The notes under the pieces were generated by a model. That model worked only from the letters and a program-made list of their open reading frames with translations. It made no database searches and was not told the DNA's origin. Positions 37,934 through 44,219 of a DNA stretch of 44,219 nucleotides are shown piece after piece (within the stretch, counting starts at the first letter, position 1; each line of letters begins with the position of its first letter). Location of the stretch: the NCBI GenBank assembly GCA_048550535.1, contig JBLYYN010000086.1, forward strand, positions 1 through 44,219. The letters run 5' to 3'. Both the position numbers and the translations under genes were made by a program. This DNA comes from Gammaproteobacteria bacterium (lineage in GTDB: Bacteria > Pseudomonadota > Gammaproteobacteria > SZUA-229).

Positions 37934-40597
37934 ATGACATCCCAGATTCAGGAACAAGATATCGATCAGCAGGAAACCCAGGAATGGCTGGAGGCGCTGG
38001 ACGCAATACTTGAAACCGAAGGCGTGGAACGCGCCCATTACATTCTAGAGCAGATGATCGATAAAGTACGCCGTTCCGGCGCCAATCTGCCACATTCGGC
38101 CAATACGGCCTATGTGAATACCATACCCACCCATTTACAGAAGGCTATTCCCGGCGATAACAGCATGGAACACCGAATCCGTTCCCTGATTCGCTGGAAT
38201 GCAGCGGCTATGGTGGTACGTGCCAACCGTAAGAGCTCTGAGCTGGGTGGCCATATCGCCAGTTTTGCTTCGTCGGCGACGCTGTATGATATTGGTTTCA
38301 ATCATTTCTGGCGTGCACCGACCCATGAACATGGTGGTGACCTGATATTTTTCCAGGGCCATTCGGCGCCAGGTATGTATGCTCGCGCCTTCATGGAAGG
38401 TCGTTTAAAGGAAGAACAGCTGGAAAATTTCCGTCAGGAAGTCGATGGTGGTGGACTATCTTCCTATCCCCATCCCTGGTTGATGCCGGATTTCTGGCAG
38501 TTCCCTACCGTATCTATGGGCCTGGGCCCCATCCAGTCGATTTATCAGGCACGGTTCCTGAAATACATGCAGGATCGTGGTCTGGCCGATACCCGTGACC
38601 GCAAGGTCTGGTGTTTCATCGGTGACGGTGAGGTGGATGAGCCGGAAACCCTGGGCGCCATTTCACTGGCGGCCCGGGAGAAGCTGGATAACCTGATCTG
38701 GGTGGTGAACTGTAATTTGCAGCGCCTGGACGGTCCGGTGCGTGGCAATGGCAAGATCATCCAGGAACTGGAAGCCGTGTTCCGTGGCGTGGGCTGGAAT
38801 GTACTGAAAGTGATCTGGGGCAGCTACTGGGATCCGTTGCTGGCCCGGGACAATGATGGTCTGCTAAAACGCCGCATGATGGAAGCGGTGGACGGTGAAT
38901 ACCAGAACTACAAATCCAAAGACGGTGCCTTTGTGCGTGAGCACTTCTTTGGCAAATACCCGGAACTGAAAGCCATGGTAGCGACCATGTCCGATGATGA
39001 CATCTGGCGCCTGAACCGGGGTGGCCATGACCCACACAAAGTTTATGCGGCTTATAATGAAGCGGTCAATACCGTTGACCAGCCGACCGTTATCCTGGCC
39101 CATACCGTTAAGGGCTATGGCATGGGGTCTGCCGGTGAAGGTCAGATGCGAACCCATTCGCAGAAGAAACTGGCCGAAGATGAAATGGTGGCTTACAAAG
39201 ACCGTTTCAATATACCCCTGTCTGATGAAGACGCGGCCCAGGCTAAGTATTATCATCCGGGCGAGGACAGTGACGAAGTCAAATACATGAAACAGAGGCG
39301 GGATGCCCTGGGTGGTTCCATGCCGGTGCGTAAACACCTGGCGGCGCCTCTGGAAGTGCCCAAGTTATCGGCGTTTGATAGCTTGCTGAAGAGTAGTGGT
39401 GACCGTGAAATGTCTACCACTATGGCGTTTGTCCGTTTGCTGACTCTGCTTACCCGTGATAAAAAAATGGGTAAATATGTGGTGCCCATCGTTCCGGATG
39501 AAGCCCGTACCTTCGGTATGGAAGGTATGTTCCGCCAGCTGGGTATTTACTCTTCGGTGGGACAGTTATACACGCCTCAGGATAAAGACCAGGTGATGTT
39601 CTACAAGGAAGACAAAACCGGTCAGATTCTGGAAGAAGGCATTAACGAGGCTGGCTCTATGTGTTCCTGGCTGGCGGCCGCCACGTCTTACAGTAACCAT
39701 GGTGTGAACATGGTGCCGTTCTATATCTATTATTCCATGTTTGGTTTCCAGCGTATCGGTGACCTGGCCTGGGCAGCGGGTGATTTGCAGGCCCGTGGTT
39801 TCCTCATGGGCGGCACTGCCGGTCGTACTACCCTGGCCGGTGAAGGTTTACAGCATCAGGACGGCCACAGCCTGCTGGTATCGGCCACCATTCCTAACTG
39901 TGTCAGTTACGACCCCACCTTTGCCTATGAGCTGGCGGTGATTGTGCAGGACGGCATGCGTCGCATGTATAAAGAACAGGAAAGCGTGTTCTATTACATC
40001 ACAGTGATGAATGAAAACTATGCCCACCCGGATATGCCCAAGGGTGCCGAGGAAGGCATCATCAAGGGTATGTACCAGTTTAAAGGCGGTGGTAAACGTC
40101 GCAAGAAAGTTCAGTTACTGGGATCCGGTTCCATCCTGCGCGAAGTGATCGCAGCCAGTGAGTTGCTGGATCAGGACTGGGCCATAGATGCCGACATCTG
40201 GAGTGTTACCAGCTTCAGCGAACTGAGTCGTGAGGCCCAGGATGTGGATCGCTGGAACATGTTGCATCCGCTGGAAGACGCTAAGGTATCTTATATCGAG
40301 AAATGCTTCAAAGACCGTCGCGGCCCGGCCATTGCGGCCACCGATTATAACCGCGCCTACGCCGATCAGATTCGTAAATGGTTACCTGCGGATTATTACG
40401 TACTGGGTACCGATGGCTTTGGTCGTTCCGACACCCGTGAAAAGTTGCGTAAGCACTTCGAAGTCAACCGTTATTACGTGACTGTGGCGGCGCTCAAGGC
40501 GCTGGCCGATGAAGGTCAACTGCCGGCGGTTAAGGTTCAGGAAGCGATTGATAAATACGGTATTGATGCGAAAAAAATCAATCCGGTACATGCCTGA
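37934..40597 (+). CDS. aceE: Pyruvate dehydrogenase E1, homodimeric type
   Basis: ETQEWL, GGHIASFAS, LSSYPHPWLMP, GDGE..EPE...NCNLQRLDG, GEGLQHQDG; AGGAG RBS before ATG 37934. Confidence 0.98.
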   Translation: MTSQIQEQDIDQQETQEWLEALDAILETEGVERAHYILEQMIDKVRRSGANLPHSANTAYVNTIPTHLQKAIPGDNSMEHRIRSLIRWNAAAMVVRANRKSSELGGHIASFASSATLYDIGFNHFWRAPTHEHGGDLIFFQGHSAPGMYARAFMEGRLKEEQLENFRQEVDGGGLSSYPHPWLMPDFWQFPTVSMGLGPIQSIYQARFLKYMQDRGLADTRDRKVWCFIGDGEVDEPETLGAISLAAREKLDNLIWVVNCNLQRLDGPVRGNGKIIQELEAVFRGVGWNVLKVIWGSYWDPLLARDNDGLLKRRMMEAVDGEYQNYKSKDGAFVREHFFGKYPELKAMVATMSDDDIWRLNRGGHDPHKVYAAYNEAVNTVDQPTVILAHTVKGYGMGSAGEGQMRTHSQKKLAEDEMVAYKDRFNIPLSDEDAAQAKYYHPGEDSDEVKYMKQRRDALGGSMPVRKHLAAPLEVPKLSAFDSLLKSSGDREMSTTMAFVRLLTLLTRDKKMGKYVVPIVPDEARTFGMEGMFRQLGIYSSVGQLYTPQDKDQVMFYKEDKTGQILEEGINEAGSMCSWLAAATSYSNHGVNMVPFYIYYSMFGFQRIGDLAWAAGDLQARGFLMGGTAGRTTLAGEGLQHQDGHSLLVSATIPNCVSYDPTFAYELAVIVQDGMRRMYKEQESVFYYITVMNENYAHPDMPKGAEEGIIKGMYQFKGGGKRRKKVQLLGSGSILREVIAASELLDQDWAIDADIWSVTSFSELSREAQDVDRWNMLHPLEDAKVSYIEKCFKDRRGPAIAATDYNRAYADQIRKWLPADYYVLGTDGFGRSDTREKLRKHFEVNRYYVTVAALKALADEGQLPAVKVQEAIDKYGIDAKKINPVHA

Positions 40598-40636
40598 TTT
40601 CAGGCATAACATGAATGAATTTTTGGAGTTGAAACC

Positions 40637-41938
40637 ATGAGTGAAATGGTTGAAGTGAAAGTTCCCGACATCGGTGATTTCGATGCAGTGGAAATCATAG
40701 AAGTTCTGGTATCGCCGGGCGATACCGTCAATGTCGAAGACTCCTTGATTACCCTGGAGTCTGACAAGGCCAGCATGGAAATCCCATCCAGTCATTCCGG
40801 TGTGGTTAAACAAGTGAAGGCCAAGGTGGGCGATATGATTACCGAAGGGGCTGTCATATTGGTTCTGGAAGCGGGCGATACTGCCGCTGTGGTGGAAGAA
40901 AAACCAGCAGAGCCAGCCCCGGTGGTTGTCGAAGCTGAGCCAGCAAAAGCAGCAGAGCCGGCCACGCCAGCACCCGTTGCATCGGCCAGCAGGCCTTCAC
41001 CTACGGCACAGATCGATGAAGTGGCGTTTACTAAGGCTCATGCGTCACCGGCCGTGCGCAAGTTTGCCCGTGAACTGGGCGTTGACCTGGGTAGCGTGAC
41101 CGGTTCCGGTCGCAACGGTCGTATCCTCAAAGAGAATGTGCAAAGCTTTGTGAAACAGGCTTTGAGTCAGCCAGTGGCAGCCGCTTCTGGAGGTGCTGCA
41201 CTGGGTATAGAGCCGATGCCAGAGATCGATTTCAGCCTGTTTGGAGACATCGAAAGCCATCCCTTAACCAAGATCAACAAGCTCACCGGCAAGTTCCTGC
41301 ATCGTAACTGGGTGAGCATTCCCCATGTGACTCAATTTGAAGAAGCGGATATTACCGATCTGGAAGCCTTCCGCAAACAGTCGAATTTGGAATATGCCGA
41401 TCAGGGCGTCAAGTTCACCATGCTGTCATTCATCATGAAAGCCATGGCGGTGGCATTGAAGCGTTACCCACGTTTCAATTCCTCACTGGATGTCAGTGGC
41501 GAAAACCTGATTATGAAGAAATACTGCCACATTGGTGTTGCTGTAGACACGCCCGATGGTCTGGTGGTGCCTGTGGTGCGTAATGTGGATCAGAAAACTC
41601 TGGTGGATATTTCACGGGAACTGAAAGAGATTTCGGTTAAGGCGCGTGAGAAAAAACTCAAGCCTTCCGATATGCAGGGCGGTTGTATTTCTATATCCAG
41701 CCTGGGCGGCATCGGCGGTACCAAGTTCACGCCCATTGTGAATGCGCCCGAAGTCGCCATTCTTGGTGTGTCCAGAGCCGATATGAAACCGGTGTGGAAT
41801 GGTAAGGAGTTCGAACCACGCCTGGTGTGCCCGCTGTCTCTGTCCTATGACCACCGGGTGATTGATGGGGCGGCCGCAGCCAGGTTTGCCAGATACCTCA
41901 GCCATTTATTGGCCGATGCCCGTCGTCTGCTGTTGTAG
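40637..41938 (+). CDS. aceF: Dihydrolipoyllysine-residue acetyltransferase E2 with one lipoyl domain
   Basis: ESDKASMEIP lipoyl site, HASPAVRKFARE E3-binding domain, DHRVIDG catalytic motif. Confidence 0.97.
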   Translation: MSEMVEVKVPDIGDFDAVEIIEVLVSPGDTVNVEDSLITLESDKASMEIPSSHSGVVKQVKAKVGDMITEGAVILVLEAGDTAAVVEEKPAEPAPVVVEAEPAKAAEPATPAPVASASRPSPTAQIDEVAFTKAHASPAVRKFARELGVDLGSVTGSGRNGRILKENVQSFVKQALSQPVAAASGGAALGIEPMPEIDFSLFGDIESHPLTKINKLTGKFLHRNWVSIPHVTQFEEADITDLEAFRKQSNLEYADQGVKFTMLSFIMKAMAVALKRYPRFNSSLDVSGENLIMKKYCHIGVAVDTPDGLVVPVVRNVDQKTLVDISRELKEISVKAREKKLKPSDMQGGCISISSLGGIGGTKFTPIVNAPEVAILGVSRADMKPVWNGKEFEPRLVCPLSLSYDHRVIDGAAAARFARYLSHLLADARRLLL

Positions 41939-42026
41939 GCTCAGGTTCCATTCAGATTAATTATGTTCCAGATAGCCCGTCGCCAGATTTATCGAGCCAC
42001 GGGCTGTTGTTAACAAACGAGATTCA

Positions 42027-43796
42027 ATGATGAGTACAATTGAAATCAAGGTTCCCGACATTGGTGATTTTGCGGAAGTCGAAATCATCGAGGTGCTGGT
42101 GTCCGCCGGCGATAGCATTGAGGTGGAAGACTCCCTGATTACGGTGGAGTCGGACAAGGCGAGTATGGAAATCCCATCACCCGAGGCGGGTAAAGTGGTT
42201 TCTGTGCAGGTAAATGTGGGTGATAAGGTCGCCGAAGGTAGTGTGATTCTGACCCTGGACACAGTACAAGCTGCAGCAACGGAAACGCCGGCAGCCATGG
42301 CAGATACTCCTGTGGCAGCAGCGGCCGAGCCAGAGCCTGTGGTTACACAACAGACACCACAGGCCGCCAGTTTCGATGGCAAGGCCGACATCAATGCCGA
42401 GCTGGTAGTGCTGGGTTCAGGCCCGGGAGGTTATACCGCTGCGTTCCGTGCCGCGGATCTGGGTAAAAAAGTGCTATTGATCGAAAAAGATCCTTATCTG
42501 GGTGGGGTTTGCTTGAATGTGGGCTGTATCCCCTCCAAGGCCCTGTTGCATGTGGCCGAAGTGGTGAATGAGGCCCGTGAATTTTCCGAGCTGGGTGTGG
42601 AATTCAAGGAGCCGAAAATTGATAACAACAAACTTCGAGCCCACAAAAACAAGGTTGTCGGTAAACTGACCGGCGGCCTTAAGCAACTGGCCAAGCAACG
42701 TAAAGTGCAAGTGGTTCAGGGATACGGTCGTTTCAGCTCCAGCCATAGTATCGAGCTGGAAGCCGACGATGGCAGCAAGAAGACGGTTCAGTTTGAAAAC
42801 TGCATCATTGCCGCGGGTTCATCGGTGACCAAGCTGCCTTTCGTGCCCTGGGACGATGAGCGAGTATGGGATTCCACCGATGCTCTTGAACTGCATAACA
42901 TTCCGAAGCGCTTACTGGTCGTGGGCGGCGGTATCATTGGTCTGGAAATGGCCACGGTTTACCATGCTCTGGGCGCTCAGGTGACGGTGGTTGAACTAAG
43001 TCCAGGATTGATTCCCGGCGCCGATCGAGACCTGATTCGTCCGTTTGAGAAAATGCTGAAGAAACGTTACGAAAATGTTTTCGTGAACACCAAAGTGAGC
43101 GAAATTACCCCAGCCAAGAATGGCATAGTGTGTAAGTTTGAAGGCAAGGGTGCACCAGAACAGGATTCCTTCGACAACGTGCTGGTGGCCATTGGTCGTT
43201 CACCTAACGGTAAACTGATAGATGCCGATAAAGCCGGTGTGCTGGTGAATGAACAGGGCTTTATCCCGGTGGATAAACAGCAGAAAACCAACATCGATCA
43301 TATTTACGCCATCGGTGATGTGGTGGGCCAACCCATGCTGGCTCACAAAGCTACCCATGAAGCCAAGGTGGCAGCAGAAGTGATTGCGGGTATGAAGAGT
43401 TATTTCGATGCTCGCACTATTCCATCGGTGGCCTACACAGATCCTGAAGTGGCCTGGTGTGGCGTAACTGAAGATCAGCTCAAGGCTGATGGCGTGGCCT
43501 ATGAAAAAGGAGTATTTCCCTGGGCGGCCAGTGGTCGCGCCTTATCCGTGGGAGCCGAGGCGGGCATGACCAAGGTATTATTCGATAAGGAAAGCCATCG
43601 TATTCTGGGTGCAGGTATTTTAGGTAAGAATGCCGGTGAGTTGATTGCCGAAGCGGTACTGGCGGTTGAGATGGGCGCAGAGCCGGATGATATCGGTTTG
43701 TCTATTCATCCCCATCCAACTCTGTCGGAAACACTGAATTTTGCTACCGAGGTGATGGAGGGTGTTTGCACCGACATCTATGCACCGAAAAAATAG
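42027..43796 (+). CDS. lpdA: Dihydrolipoyl dehydrogenase E3 with N-terminal lipoyl domain
   Basis: N-terminal ESDKASMEIP; GSGPGGY, GGVCLNVGCIPSK, GGGIIGLE, IHPHPTLSE. Confidence 0.97.
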   Translation: MMSTIEIKVPDIGDFAEVEIIEVLVSAGDSIEVEDSLITVESDKASMEIPSPEAGKVVSVQVNVGDKVAEGSVILTLDTVQAAATETPAAMADTPVAAAAEPEPVVTQQTPQAASFDGKADINAELVVLGSGPGGYTAAFRAADLGKKVLLIEKDPYLGGVCLNVGCIPSKALLHVAEVVNEAREFSELGVEFKEPKIDNNKLRAHKNKVVGKLTGGLKQLAKQRKVQVVQGYGRFSSSHSIELEADDGSKKTVQFENCIIAAGSSVTKLPFVPWDDERVWDSTDALELHNIPKRLLVVGGGIIGLEMATVYHALGAQVTVVELSPGLIPGADRDLIRPFEKMLKKRYENVFVNTKVSEITPAKNGIVCKFEGKGAPEQDSFDNVLVAIGRSPNGKLIDADKAGVLVNEQGFIPVDKQQKTNIDHIYAIGDVVGQPMLAHKATHEAKVAAEVIAGMKSYFDARTIPSVAYTDPEVAWCGVTEDQLKADGVAYEKGVFPWAASGRALSVGAEAGMTKVLFDKESHRILGAGILGKNAGELIAEAVLAVEMGAEPDDIGLSIHPHPTLSETLNFATEVMEGVCTDIYAPKK

Positions 43797-43845
43797 ATGG
43801 GTAGTAAAAATGATAAAAATGGCCACCTTCTTTTGTAAAGCGTTA

Positions 43846-43866
43846 ACTTAATCAGAGGTTCCCTGG
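43846..43866. mobile_element. Orphan terminal inverted repeat of the MITE family
   Basis: acttaatcagaggttccctgg matches the MITE ends at 17904-17919 and 25753-25773. Confidence 0.6.
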
Positions 43867-43875
43867 TGGATGCCT

Positions 43876-43909
43876 AAAGCCCCATTACTGAAAGGTCTGG
43901 GGTTTTTTT
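43876..43909 (+). terminator. Rho-independent terminator of aceEF-lpdA
   Basis: aaagcccca ... tggggttttttt. Confidence 0.6.
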
Positions 43910-43977
43910 ATGCAAAAGAAAATATTTTCGTAAAATATACAATGCAGCTTGTGACCAACCCGAAGACTCTGTCTGGC

Positions 43978-44219
43978 GTCATTCCCGCATGATTGTAGCG
44001 TTAATCTAGTGGTTCAAAGACACTGTATCCTAGGGAACCCCTGAATAATTCATAATATGTCATCCCGACTGAAATAGAGGGATCTTAAATGCTTGATATT
44101 TACGCAACTATTAAAATTAAGATTTCTCGACAATTGAGTCTTTTCGGGCTATCCATGCCCTCACGAGACACTTGTTCTTCCATGAACATCGTCCAGGCAT
44201 TGTTCTCGGTCTCCGTTCC
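43978..44219 (+). mobile_element. Second nested repeat stack, cut by the window end
   Basis: Successive left ends: gtcattcccgc (43978), tagggaacccctgaataa (44031), tgtcatcccgac..gggatct..agatttct (44058-44127), cgacaatt (44128), a 60-nt block 56/60 identical to 35620-35679 (44135-44194), cggtctccgttcc (44207). Confidence 0.7.

Overview
Chromosomal window of a Gammaproteobacterium; a marine or sediment sulfur-oxidiser-like lineage is inferred only from gene content. Most of it is housekeeping and regulatory DNA: an Omp85-like barrel, trmO/tsaA, a hybrid histidine kinase, pepN, REC-GGDEF-EAL, DsbD_2/TauE plus a sigma54 activator lacking a regulatory domain, an inositol monophosphatase, SPOR, HAD, aroG, EF-hand, TusE/DsrC-like, GST, HDOD, ispG, NAD-kinase-like, M18 aminopeptidase, alaA, Fe-ADH, GT4+PAP2 and aceE-aceF-lpdA. 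I found no rRNA, tRNA, CRISPR array, integrase or transposase. The most unusual content is non-coding: (1) Russian-doll nests of ~17-60 bp hairpin modules inserted into each other and into larger palindromes (35567-35885, 30882-30928, 43978-end); (2) a ~560 bp element made of two diverged, covarying, structured copies in inverted orientation (30417-30972); (3) a ~160 bp MITE in two copies plus stray ends; (4) palindromes with tandem-unit arms; and (5) an AT-rich array of seven co-oriented short genes (25847-30079) whose spacers carry degenerate GGGGWCAG/CTGWCCCC-like remnants rather than clear attC sites. All alignments were made by eye, and repeat boundaries are approximate (+/- a few nt).
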